This document shows positions 22,211 through 34,789 of a stretch of DNA of 64,000 bases, piece after piece. Source of the DNA: Octopus sinensis (taxonomy: Eukaryota); contig NC_043016.1 in the NCBI RefSeq assembly GCF_006345805.1, positions 20,088,001-20,152,000 on the forward strand, given 5' to 3'. The position numbers and the translations under genes are program-made. Each line of letters begins with the position of its first letter. Within the stretch, counting starts at the first letter, position 1. Below the pieces are notes generated by a model. It made no database searches and was not told where the DNA came from. It was given only the letters and a program-made list of their open reading frames with translations.

Positions 22211-24019
22211 TGTATTTAAAATAATTTAAAGAAACACACAGCATCTCAAAATAAATACAGTAACGAGAGGGTTAATGGAAGTTACACATAAAGAAAAAAA
22301 GTTGTTTTGGCATTAATGTCAATTTTGGGGGAAGAAAGATGAAAGAGAAACCCTGAGAGCCAAACTCATTAAATATAAACTATATGGCAGCTAATGAAGA
22401 ATGAGTGTCTGATGTTTGATAAACACACTGATAACTGTGGGTGTGTTTCTGTTTTAATTATAACTCCTTAGTGAAACATTCTTGCATGTATCTGTAGCAG
22501 TCAGTTGACAGAGATTGGAAAGATTGCTTTGCAGTAATTATTCCTGCTATTTGCTGTTTGAATTCAAACACAGCCAAGGCCAAATTTGCCTTTTAGGTGA
22601 AGGTGTGGGTGTGTAGGTAAGAAACTTGCTTCCCAACTATGTGCTCTTGGATTCAGTATGTAATGTGTGGCACCTTGGACAAATGTCTTCTACTATAGCA
22701 CCAGGCCAACAAAAACCTTATGAGTTAATTTGGTAGATGGAAATTGAAAGAAGCCCATCATATGTGTACATCATCATCATTATTATCTTTTAATGTCCAT
22801 TCTCCAAGCTGGTATGCATTGGATGGCTTGATTGGAGCTGGTATGCCAGACGACTGCACAAGGCCCCAGTTGTCTATACACATATATGTCTGTATATGTA
22901 TCTATGTGTTGTGTTTGTCTTCCACCCTTGGTTTGTTTACGTTCCTGTAACTTGGAGGTTTGGCAAAAGGTCCTCAGAGAATAAGTACCAGGCTTACAAG
23001 AGTTGATTTGTTTAACCAAATCCTTCAAGGCAGTGCCCCAGCATGGCTATGGTCCAATGACTGAAATGAATAAAAGAGAAAAGATACTTACCAGATGTCA
23101 GAATGATTGAGATTCATCATTTAAAGTCTGCCTTCCATACTGGCATAGATTGGACGATTTGATGGAAGCTGGTCTGACCAAAGACTGCACCTGGCTTCAC
23201 TGTCTGTCTTAGTATGGTTTTTATGGCTGTTTGCCCTTCCTAATACCGGATGAGTGCTTTTTATGTGGGGTTAGTTTTGGCATGGTTTTTACAGCTAGAA
23301 CATCAGACTAAATGATTTGTGGTATTTCTTCCAGCTGTTTACATTTTCACTTTAAATCCTGCTGAGGTTGGTCAAATTTAATCGATCCCCATTTCAGTGA
23401 GGTTGATAAAATACAGTACCAATCAAGTGGGGTGTTGATCTGATCAACAAAGACCCACCTCTCAAAACGTCTAGCCTTGTGCCTAAATCAGAAACCACCA
23501 TTATCATCAAATTCCAACCACTTTATAGTGTGGACTGGGTGCTTTTTTACATGGCACCAGCACTGGCAGGGTCATCAAGTAACTTGCAAGACAAGGAATC
23601 TTTGAGAAGTGATCTTGTTAGATGATGAAAGATTAGAGTGTGACAGAGAGGCAGAAACAGGTATCTTGCTACAAAGGAGGTACAAGGTTACCTGGCCAGA
23701 GAGAGAGAGAGAGAGAGAGAAGTTACAAGAAAGAAGACAGAAACAGGTGTACTGATGTAAAGAAAATACTTGGCTACCTACAGAGGGAAAATCAAGTGGA
23801 GAGAGAATGAGGGCAGAAACAGGTGTGCTGCTGTAGAGGAGATACATGGTTACTCAGTCCTTTTGTTGCAAACAGAAGTGGTAGCTCTCTGAACTTCCTC
23901 CATCCTATTCTAGAAATAATACTCTCAGAGTATCCATCACCATTACTAATTTGGTCACCTAAATAGCAAAATCTAACTACTACTTTAAGAGAGCCTCCTG
24001 AGCATTTGGAAGAGTCTAA

Positions 24020-24490
24020 GACTTAGTGCTTCTTGAAAGCAACCTTATCTGATGCAGTGGAATCACAGGTAAATTGTGTGTCCAGGCTTACACTGGATGC
24101 AGTGAATGGAATTACTTCCCACTCTTTTCCTACATATTGAGCAGGGTCATTTACCGGACATAAAGAAAGTCTTATCTGCTTTCTTGCTAACAACACCTTT
24201 AGTCTTTGCTCGCTTAACTTTAAGGCCCTTTGATTCCAGTTTTTGCTTGCATACCTAGAACTTCTCCAGTTCTGCAATAAGTGTGAAGTCATCAGCATAT
24301 AGCAGTTCCCATGGGCATCCAGTTTTGAATTACTCTGTTATAACCTGGAAGATTATGGTGAATAAGAGTAGACTAAGAACTGATCCCTAGTGAACCCCAA
24401 CTTGCATGCGAAATTCATCACTGTGTTCAAGGCTGACTCTCACATTATTGACAGCAGTGCTGTACATGGCTTGTATGGCTCTAATGAACC
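24020..24490 (-). mobile_element. RTE LINE RT fragment
   Basis: The minus strand reads VGVH.GSVLSLLLFTIIFQVITE.FKTGCPWELLYADDFTLIAELEK...ESKGLKVKRAKTK...PCSICRKRVGSNSIHCIQC, the same family as 490-1697. Confidence 0.85.
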
Positions 24491-25916
24491 ACTGATTACT
24501 ATTATTATTATTGTTATGGGTAGTGGATTAGCTGAATTGCTAGAACATCAGACTAAATGATTTGTGGTATTTCTTCCAGCTGTTTACATTTTCACTTTGA
24601 ATCCTGCTCATGTTGGTCAAATTTTATCAATCCCCATTTCAGTGAGGTTGATAAAATACAGTACCAATCAAGTGGGGTGTTGATCTAATCAACTAAGACC
24701 CACCTCTCAAAACGTCTAGCCCTGTGCCTAAATCAGAAACCACCATTATCATCATTATTATTAAGGTGGTGCCGTGGCAGAATCGTTAGCACACCAGGAA
24801 AAATGCTTAGCAGCATTTTGTCTGTCTTTATGTTCTGAGTTCAAATTCTGCCAAGGTCGACTTGCCTGTCATCTTCTTGGGGGTTGATAAATTAAGTACC
24901 AACGAAACATTGGGGTTGATGTAATTGACTTACTCTCCTAAAATTTCAGGCCTATAGTAGAAAGCATTAAGATCATTTATAAGTTGATGAGCTGGCAGAA
25001 TCATTAGCATGCCAAGCAAAAATGCTTAACGACATTTTGTCTGTCCTTATACTCCGAGTTGTAATTTTGTCAAGATTGACTTTGCTCCTTAGCCTTTTAG
25101 GGGTCAAAATTTGTACCAGTTGAACTGTAATCAACTTACCTCCTTCCCGCAAAATTGCTGGCCTTGTGCTAAAATTTGAAGTCATTAAGGTGGCAAGTTG
25201 GCAGAATCATTAGCATGCCAGGCAAAATGCTTAGCATTTTGTTTGTCTTTATGTTCTGAGTTCAAATTCTGCTGAGGTTGACTTTGCCTTTCAACTTTTT
25301 GGGGTTGATGAAATAAGCACCATTTGACTACTGGGGTTGATTTAATCGACTAACCCCTCCCTCAAAAATTTCAGGCCTTGTGCCTATAATAGGATTATTA
25401 CTATTGTCATCATCGTTAATATAATTTTTATCGTTACAGTACAGCAAATAACATGAACACTGAGAGACACTGAAATGAAGCTTATTAAATGTTTAAACCC
25501 AAGATCATCTCTGATCAAGAAAACCTTTTCACGAACATTTATAAGAAATGGTGTTATAAATATTGTAAATTTAATTTATTAACATTAAAAAAGAAATCAG
25601 ATGAAATAAAAATTCTTTAATCAAAATTTGCATCTTTCACTCAGTTAAATTTTTTTTTTTAACTAGTGAGCAAGTATTTATGCTTATCATCATTATCATT
25701 GGCAGCAGTGTTTTACATTTGTTTTCTATAATGGCTTTGTATTGGATGGATCTGTTCCCATACAAAGTCATGTGATCTGTTATCTAATAAAATCCAACAA
25801 CAATGAAAACAACTAATCTGTGATGTGCATTTCTTTTTGTTTTCACTCATATAAGAAGGTAAGATATATAATTAATATATATTAGTTTATTAGTTTGATG
25901 CTCTTATAAAGAACAT

Positions 25917-26292
25917 ATCATCATCATCATCGTTTAACGTCCGTTTTCCATGCTAGCACGGGTTGGATGGCTTGACTGGTGTCTGGGAAGCCAGGAGGCT
26001 GCACCAGGCTCCAGTCTGAATCTGGCAGTGTTTCTACAGCTGGATGCCCTGCCTAACACCAACCACTCCATGAGTGTAGTGGGTGCTTTTTACATGCCAG
26101 GGGAGGCTGGCAGCGGTCACGATTGGTTGGTGCTTTTTACGTACCACCGGCACAGAAGCCAGTCAAGGTGGCGCTGGCATCGGCCACATTTGAATGGTGC
26201 TTTTTACGTGCCACCGGCACAGGTATCACAACTACAATTTCCATTTTATATTTATTTTGATGTACTTGACTCAATAGGTCTCCTCAAGCACA
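25917..26292 (-). mobile_element. RTE-tailed SINE
   Basis: catcatcatcatcgtttaacgtccgttttccatgctagc... family body. Confidence 0.85.
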
Positions 26293-26300
26293 GGGTCTCT

Positions 26301-27546
26301 GGGTTGACTGGAAAGTTTGTGCTGATTTATAGTAGCTTACCTTTCGACTTATTTTAGAACATGGTTGATTCCATAAAATAGGATTTGACTACACCTCCAT
26401 TTAGGGCACAGTTTAAGCTATCTTTTCATGGAAGAAGGTTTATGTTCCTATAACCTGTGTTAATTCTGTAACCCTTTAAAATGGAAGATAAGAAAGTTCA
26501 TTTTCGGCACTTGATGCTTTTCTTTTTCTGTAAAGGGAAAATTGCCTCACAAGCAACCAAAGAAATATGCGCAGTTTATGGTGATGTTTCTTTATCCGAA
26601 AGAACTGTACGGAAGTGGTTCGCAAAGTTCCGAGCTGGAGATTGTAGCCTTATTGATAAAGAGCAATCAGGCAGACCATCCACTACAGATGATGACCAAA
26701 TCAAGTCATTAATTGAGAATAACCTACATTGCACAACTCGAGAATTGGCAAAATCAACTTATCAAAATCCGTCGTTCATGAGCACCTGGTAAAGCTTGTG
26801 TACACAAATCCCTACGATGTTTGGGTTCCACATGAGTTGAGTGAGAAGAACCTTTTCAATCACATTTCTATCTGTGATTCGCTTTATAAACAGAATGAAA
26901 ACGTGCCTTTTTTAAAGCAAATTGTGACAGGTGATGAGAAATGGATTATCTATGGAAATATTCAGAGAAAGCGATCCTGGAGTAAGCGACATGAGCCACC
27001 CCAAAAGCAGGTCTTCACCCTAGAAATGTCTTGCTTTGTGTCTGGTGGGATTGGAAAGGAATTCTCAAACAATTCTGAAAAATACTGCATACAACTGGAT
27101 GAGCTAAAAGCAGCAATTCAAGAGAAACGTCCAGAATTGGCCAATGGGAAGGGTGTTGTTTTCCAACATGATAATGCAAGATCGCATGTTTCTTTGGGAA
27201 CCAGACAAAAATTGCTGCAGCTCAGCTGGTGTGTTACATCACCCTCCATATTCACCAGATATTGCTCCTTTGGATTTCCACTTATTCAGGTCTCTGCAGA
27301 ATAGTATTCAGGTCTCTGCAGAATGGTAAAAATTTCAATTTCTTGGATGAGGTAAAAAGACACCTTGATGAAAACTTTGCCATTAAACCACCTTAATTCT
27401 GAGAAGAGGGTATTTTCAAGTTAAAGGAAAGATGGAGACGCATTGTGCAACAAAATTGGTTCATATTCGGTTGATTAAAAATGTAATGGCAAGTATTTGA
27501 CCTTTTTCTTTCCTTTAAAAATTGGCACAAACTTTCCGGACAACCC
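26301..27546 (+). mobile_element. Near full-length mariner (DD34D) element with a frameshifted transposase at ~26481-27475
   Basis: TIRs gggttgactggaaagtttgtgctgattt / aaattggcacaaactttccggacaaccc. Motifs MEDKKVHFRHLMLFFF, GRPS, WVPHEL, IVTGDEKW, FQHDNAR and HPPYSPDIAPLDFHLFRSL are spread over shifting frames. Confidence 0.92.
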
Positions 27547-28557
27547 TATATATATAGTGCATTAAACTAATATAATTAATCTTTTAAAGATGGTTACTGC
27601 TTTCCAAGGTGTTTTCATTACTAAAGCAACTTAAGACTTTGGAAGATTCCAGAACTGTTTCTAGTGCAAATCTGAGAGTTGCTTTTGGGACTTGCTTTGC
27701 AGGAAAAAAAAGTTCTCAATGTAAACCATGACCTGCTGGCAACTTCATCCATAATCAACCATGTAATTAGCAGAACTACATCATGGACTTCAATGTTATC
27801 TTCAACACAACGCATGGTCATATCAAAGCATCAATTAGAAGTGGGAGCAGATGATTCTGTCTCACTAGCCTATGTTGGTACAGTTTTCTCCAAGAAAAAG
27901 ACAACATTCATAACCATCTATTTATCAAATTTCCTGATAAATATAGTCTGTCTGGCAAATGTGTCTGCCTAGCTAGTGAGTAACCTAGTAGTTGGCCAGT
28001 TTCCTAAATGCTTGCATGACAACTTTTGAAGCCTTCATCTCATTCTTTGTAGCATATCCTTCACATGAGGGAAGCGCTCATGGCATTATCCAAGACATTC
28101 GTTAATCCTTTTGATACCCATCTGCCTGACACTACTTCTGGTTCTATGATACAAACTTAATTTTTAAAGTGATCCAAGCTAAAACCCATCAACATTTTAT
28201 GTCAAATTAAATTCCAGACATGAGCTTAACAGTTATTTTGCTAAATTCTTCATTTTCTAAGTTAGCTGAAGGGTTAAAATAGTGAGACCACTTTGCAGAA
28301 GGTTTTAAAGAGCAGTTCTTCTGTTTATCTACTTGGCTGTGGTGCAATATGCCAAGATAAATGCATTATATTGTTGATTACTTGTACAGACTTAACTATT
28401 CTATCTCACACCAACTAATAATACCTTATGTGTTGATTTTTTTCTGCTATTAACATAGGCTACCATTCAACTTCGTTGTTATAATCACTCTAAAGACTGT
28501 ACTTTTGTTGTTTGACTGGATGTAATTCTGAACACAAATTTATTCATCTCATTTCAG

Positions 28558-28575
28558 TATTTCCCTAATTTTTGA
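28558..28575 (+). CDS. Candidate terminal coding exon of LYRM9 (YFPNF*)
   Basis: ttattcatctcatttcAG|TAT TTC CCT AAT TTT TGA. Phase 0 and the leading Tyr fit human K|YKKQN*, but six codons are too few to prove it. Confidence 0.3.
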   Translation, partial: YFPNF

Positions 28576-28834
28576 TTAACTTTCCATCATTTTAAATTTG
28601 TTGCGGATACTGAAGTTAGTGCAAGACAAGGTAAAGAGATGGTGGCAGTTCTAAGAGATGGGAGAATAGTAGAGATAGCTCATATTTAGGAATGAGGAAG
28701 GACATTTTAAACCAAAGTAATTGGAAATTATGGTTACTGACAAATGTAGAGAAATGGAGTGGAATCAGTTTTCATACTGACATAGTTTTCAAAGTGAAAC
28801 TGAAATAGAGAGAGTGACCTTGTGGATAGTTCTT

Positions 28835-29219
28835 TTTTATTTTATTCTATTACTTGTTTCAGTCAATTGACTGTGGCCATGCTGGAGCACCGCCTTTAGT
28901 CGAGCAAATCGACCCCAGGGCTTATTCTTTGTAAGCCTAGTACTTATTCTAGTGATCTCTTTTGCCAAACCACTAAGTTACGGGGACGTAAACACACCAG
29001 CATCGGTTGTCAAGCGATGTTGGGGGGACAAACACAAACACACACACACATATATTACACGACGGGCTTCTTTCAGTTTCTGTGTACCAAATCCACTCAC
29101 ATGGCTTTGGTCGGCCCGAGGCTATAGTAGAAGACACTTGCCCAAGGTGCCACACAGTGGGACTGAACCCAGAACCATGTGGTTGGTAAGAAAGCTACTT
29201 ACCACACAGCCACTCCTAT
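28835..29219 (-). mobile_element. tRNA-derived SINE (GGAGTGGCTG family)
   Basis: Full reverse copy ending ...accacacagccactcctat. Confidence 0.9.
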
Positions 29220-29463
29220 GCCTAGTTGATAAAAAGATGAGAGACTTGTATCTTAGAAGTAGAGTGTAGGATGTATTAATAGGAAAAGGGTTAGGCACAG
29301 GTTATGTTGAAGTCAAATGTTTGTAAAGAAAAATTCAATTTAACTTTTCTTTGTTATTTTCATGAGCTATGTGTTTAAATTTGACTGTGGGAAGAGCTAG
29401 CTGGATCTATGACTTGTTTTTAAATACTTTGATCTCTTGTCTAGATGGATGTTAGTAATCATT

Positions 29464-29850
29464 AGGCGTAGGAGTGGCTGTGTGGTAAGTAGCTCGCTAA
29501 CGAACCACATGGTTCCCGGTTCAATCCCACTGCGTGGCACCTTGGGCAAGTGTCTTCTACTATAACCTCGGGCCGACCAGAGCCTTGTGAGTGGATTTGG
29601 TAGACGGAGACTGAGAGAAGACCATCGTATATATGTATATGTGTGTGTGCATCTGTTTGTCCCCCCACCCCAGCATCGCTTGACAACCGATGCTGGTGTG
29701 TTTAGGTCCCCATAACTTAGCGGTTTGGCAGAAGAGACCAATAGAATAAGCACTAGGCTTACAAAGAATAAGTCCTGTGGTCAATATGGTTGACTAAAGG
29801 CGATGCTCCAGCATGGCCACAGTCAAATGACTGAAACAAGTAAAAGAGTA
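29464..29850 (+). mobile_element. tRNA-derived SINE (GGAGTGGCTG family)
   Basis: Full forward copy, head-to-head with 28835-29219. Confidence 0.9.
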
Positions 29851-30132
29851 ACCATAGGCAGACTTGGAATTTGTGTTTGCTGGGTAGCTTTCCAATGCTT
29901 AGTCATTGTCCTCTCTGGCATATGCTGAGAAAGATAATATTTCTACCCTTTAACAAAAAATTGTACTACATGAAGTGTAGCAAGAATTAGCACTTCAAGA
30001 AAGTGAACACTTATGCCAAAAGCCCAAGGAGTATTAAACAGGTGGTGGCATATGAAATGAGACAATTGGGCACAGCTGTTCAGAAGCTGGTAATTTGGCA
30101 GGGCTGACTGGACACTGAACAACAATCCTTTT

Positions 30133-33100
30133 TTGGAGAATTCAGTTGGTGAGGCGATCGGTGATATCAGGCTTTCAAATGGGGGCCCTGAAATCAGGAC
30201 TTATCATCAGGATGATGGACCTACCAACAGTCATCTCAACGAGCAGTTGCTGTTGCTCAAACAAGAGGTCGAGCACCTAAAGTCTGTTGTTGCTCATTTA
30301 CTGAATAAACAGTCTCCTATTGACGCAGAGCCACCCTTGATTTCTTCCCTGAAGACGTCCAAACAGAAGGGAACAAAATCGAAGCGGCCAAAGAAGGCGA
30401 AGGAACCGGCGGTCGTTTCCACACATGATCGTTCCTGTGCGGATTCTTCCTCATCTGCCTTTTCGGTCCCGGAAGTTCCCCAACCTGAATTGAGGAGCGT
30501 AGACTCAAACCCACCTGAAGACCGTTGTTCTCCCAAAAAGAAGAAACGTAGTCAAAACTCCAGTGGGGCAGATTTAGCTGCGAAATCTGCTCAAGATCAA
30601 ATCTGTTTGGATTCTCCCTCACTTGTCCTTCCCATCAATGCCATTGCTCAACCAATTCTGAATGATCTTGATGTGAGTTCATCTGGGGAGTTGTGCTCCT
30701 CCAAACCGAAGAGGCAGTGCAGTTCCAAACAAGGCGGGAAAGTTATGACCACTAAACCCATTCCGATCGACCCCAAAGGCCGACATAAGTCTGATGGCTA
30801 TGAAACCACCTTTTCGAAATCATCCAACGAAGAATCGAATGCCGCAGCTCAAAGTAGAGAATAGAAAGACCATTTTGCCCACTCAAGATCAGCAATCATT
30901 TATGGTAAAGCTGAATCCACCTGTGATACAGGCATAAACCGCCTAAAAGAAGACATAAATTTTGTTTCCGTTTTAGTTGGAGAATTGTTCTCTGTACACA
31001 ACTTTTTCTACACCCACGACTACTTCGCTGCCACGTAGAGTCTTCTCTGCAATTAATCTTGAAATTCTAACCGAGGCTTCCGCACTTCTGGACTGACAAT
31101 CCCTGATGACGTTGTCCTCAGTTGACGAACTATGGTCGTCCCTCAAAGCATATGTAATCTGGTTGACTGACCAAGCAGTTCCCGTTGGGCTTCCCAAGAA
31201 GAAGAAACACAAGCCCTGGGTGACGAAGAAGGTTAAACGAGAACTTCGACTCAGAGATATTGCTTGGGCTGAATTAAAAAAATCTAGATTCGACTGCAGC
31301 TTTTGAGGTGTACAAAACTCAACGAGATCGAGCCGTGAAAATTGAAAAGGAAGAACGCTTCAGATATGAATACAGAATCGCGGCAAACACCAGTCGCAAT
31401 CCAAAAACCTTCTTTGCCCATGTCCAACGGAATTCCCGCTTGAACAACCAAATTGCAACAGGCGTATCGATTGAGGACCTTTATCAACAGTCAATTATTT
31501 GCCGAGGCTTTTTCAACTATTTTCAAACAAGATGATGGTCATGAACCCCCTCCATTTGATAGATCGGTACCTCCAATGCTTCGATTGGTCATCACGCGGG
31601 ACGAAGTCGAACGCGTTATTCAAGGCCTCGATGTCAACAAGGGTCACGGCCCTGATGGCAAACACCCATGGGTTATCAAAGCGTTGGCTCCGGTCATCTG
31701 CGACCCCTTAACACATCTATTCAATGTCATTGGCGACGGGTGTTATACCTGCGGACTGGAGAACAGCGATAATCTGCCCAATTTTCAAGAAAGGGAGCCG
31801 CGAAAACCCGCTTAACTACCGAGCGGTTTCCCTTACTTCAATAATCAGCAAGATGTTCGAAACCATCCTTAAGAAAAGTATGATGCTCCACCTCCAAAAC
31901 ACAGCCTCTATCTCTGATTCCTAACACGGCTTCGTACCGAAGAGATCATGCTTGACCAACTTACTGGTAATAGAAGAATTGGTGATGCGCATCCTCGATG
32001 ATAGTGATGCTGTTGACATCGTTTTATTGGACTTTGCCAAAGCTTTTGACTTGGTAAACCACCACCTATTACTTGTCAAGCTTCAAGCATATAGTTTCCA
32101 TCCGGATATTGTACGATGGGTTGGTGCCTTCCTCTCAGATCGCTCCTTCCAAGTCCAAGTTAATGGTTCGCTGTCCGACGTCTCCAGTGCGAGCAATGGC
32201 GTGCCTCAAGGTTCAGTGCTTGGGCCCTTATTGTTCTTAGTCTTCATAAATGACTTGCCTGATGACCTCACGCAACACACCCTTCTATTTGCCGATGATA
32301 TCAAACTGGTCGCTCCTCGCGGTGATATAGAGGATCTTCGTCGATGCCTCCACCAAATTTGGAGATGGTCTAACGAATGGGACCTGTGTCTGAACATGTC
32401 AAAGTGCTGTCATCTGCCTGTTGGCTCTCCTCCTGCAACTCAACTTGATTTCGAGCTGGGTCGTCTGCTGCTGGAGAGGACCGACCAGGTAAAGGACCTG
32501 GGTATCTTGGATTCCTCCTTTTCGCCTTCGGCCCAGTGCATCCATGCTGCCAACAAAGCATGCAGAGTTCTGTTCTTGATTCGACGGTCATTCGGAATGC
32601 TCACAGCAGCCATATTCCTACCGCTCTATGTCACGCTGGTGAGACCCATATTGGAGTACAGGATTCAAGCCTCTTCTCCTTATCTCCTCAAAGACATACA
32701 GCATCTTGAAAGAGTCCAGGAGCTGGCTACCCGCATGGTTCTTGGTCTCAAGAATTTGTCTTATGAAGAAAGGCTGAAGATGCTCGACCTTTATTCTCAA
32801 AAAAACGACGATGCCGTGGTGATCTCATTCTTGCTCACAACATCATAAGCGGAAAGTGTAACCTCTCGAAAGAGCTGTTCTTCACTCCTGCTCCAGAGCG
32901 TCAGCTGCGGGATCATTCTGAAAAGCTCTATCTGTGACAATTTCTTCTCAATCAAAGGAGAGGGGCTTTCGCCATCCAGGTTGCAGATCCGTGGAATAAG
33001 CTGCCGGACGAGATGGTGAAGATGCCGACGACCGCTCGGTTCAAAGTCTCCCTTGACCTCAAGTGGCCTGAACTCTTTACATGAACACCACCCCATACAT

Positions 33101-33167
33101 AACTCCATGTCCCCCTACATGGCCTTGCTTTTTGCTTTTTGAGCCAAAAAAATTAACTAACTAACTA
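30133..33167 (+). mobile_element. CR1-clade LINE: ORF1 part, endonuclease deleted, frameshifted RT, (TAAC)n tail
   Basis: ORF1-like low-complexity/coiled-coil ORF at 30133-30864. RT motifs PIFKKGSRENPLNYRAVSLTSIISK, DFAKAFD, GVPQGSVLGPLLFLVFINDL, FADDIKL and LVRPILEY. The 3' end is ttaactaactaactaa. Confidence 0.9.
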
Positions 33168-34789
33168 AACAGTTTAATGGTTAAGATACAACAAATATGA
33201 AAAGGAAAAACAAATGAGACTGAATCAATGTTTTCTTTTTGAATAAAAATATAATTTATTGTTACAAATACAAAATTTTAGGTATAGAGGCCTTTGTTAA
33301 TAGTGAAAAATTCTTGTAAAGTTCACTTTTCATGGGCCAAGTTGTTTTGATTTTAAAAATAGACACCAAATAAAAGAAAATATTTTAAAGAAAGATATAA
33401 AAAAAATAAATTTACATTTCAATATATTTTAATATACAACAAATATACAAAAAAAAAAATGAAATCTGAAATTAGAAGCACAATAGCTGTGAGGTTAAGG
33501 TTCTAGATTTTCAACCATATGAAAAGTTTAATCCTTTCGTTACCATATTTTTGGTGAAATACATGACTTTTGTTTCAAATGATTAAAAAAAAAAAAGTAA
33601 AATAACTTATTATACTGGTACACGGAACGTAATATGAGGTTTTGGGGTTTTAATTTAGGTAATTTTAAAACAGGAAGTTTGTATCATAGAACCAAGGGCA
33701 GTCTCAGACAGGTTGGTATTAAAGGGGTTAATCTTATTGCTCCAGCTGTTTTGTTGTTTCAGGATCAGATATGTTAACCGTTTCAGTCAATAATCTTGTT
33801 CCACTTTTACAGCTGAATAAGGAAGGTCATGAAGCTACTGAAAATATTTGATTGAAAAAGTTACAAAATGTCCAAATTTTCAAAACCTATAGCACTTAAA
33901 TTAGCATTAAGAGGTGGGGGAAATCCATAAGGACTTGGAAAAAAAAAAGACAAAAAACTTATGAGGAAAAGTAGAAAAGGTACATTTCACAGAAATGGGT
34001 ATGACATTTTTAAGTCTTAAATATTCCATTCCAGTGCATGTAGAGAGAGAGAGAGAGAGAGAGAAAGAAGATGGGTGGAGTGGGGGGGAGATAATTTCAG
34101 AATATTTTTAGAAGTGTATGTGTGCATGAGAATCTATAAGAATATAGATTAAAATCTCTTCCATGTAAAAAAAAAATTTATTTATTAACAAAAAAAAAAA
34201 AAAAATATTCTGCAAACCAAATCACATCTGATTGGGTAGTTCAATGTTTAACAGACAGAATAATAATAATAATTAGTATGATACACAATATATTATTTAG
34301 TTTGTGATATTTTTCTCTTGAAAGATATTAAAATGCAGGCATGGCCATGTGGCTCAGAATTTTGCTTTCCAACTACATGCTTTCCTGTGCAGTCCCACTG
34401 TATGGCATGTTGGACAAGTGTTTCCTCTACTAAAGCCCTTGACCAACCAATGCCTTGTGAGTGGATTTCGTAGATGGAAACTAAAAGAAGCCCATCATAT
34501 CTGTAATATATATGTTTATCTTACCTTAACATTGTGTGATAGCTGTAAATGAGTTATTCATGTCCAGCCATGGAGAAATATTATCTTACTTGGAAATAAG
34601 TGAGAGTTGGTAACAGAAAGGGCATCAAGTCACTGAAAATTTGCCTCAAACTATCTGGCTCATGCAAACATGGAGAGTGAGTGTAAAAGCAAATTATCCC
34701 CAGACTCAAACCACAGCGGATTGATAAATGCTACAGCAAAGACCTTTTCCCAATGAGAAACTGCACACTATGAAACTGATGCATCAGAT

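Noticed and set aside
27620-28110. Possible Crypton/DUF3504-like coding remnant on the minus strand (ATKNEMKAS..., FIRKFD..GYE)
   Set aside because: The similarity is faint and spread over several frames with many stops. It cannot be supported without an HMM search.
33734-33812. Possible minus-strand terminal exon (CKSGTRLLTETVNISDPETTKQLEQ*) followed by AT-rich UTR-like DNA with AATAAA
   Set aside because: No recognisable homology and no upstream partner exons were found. It is consistent with chance.
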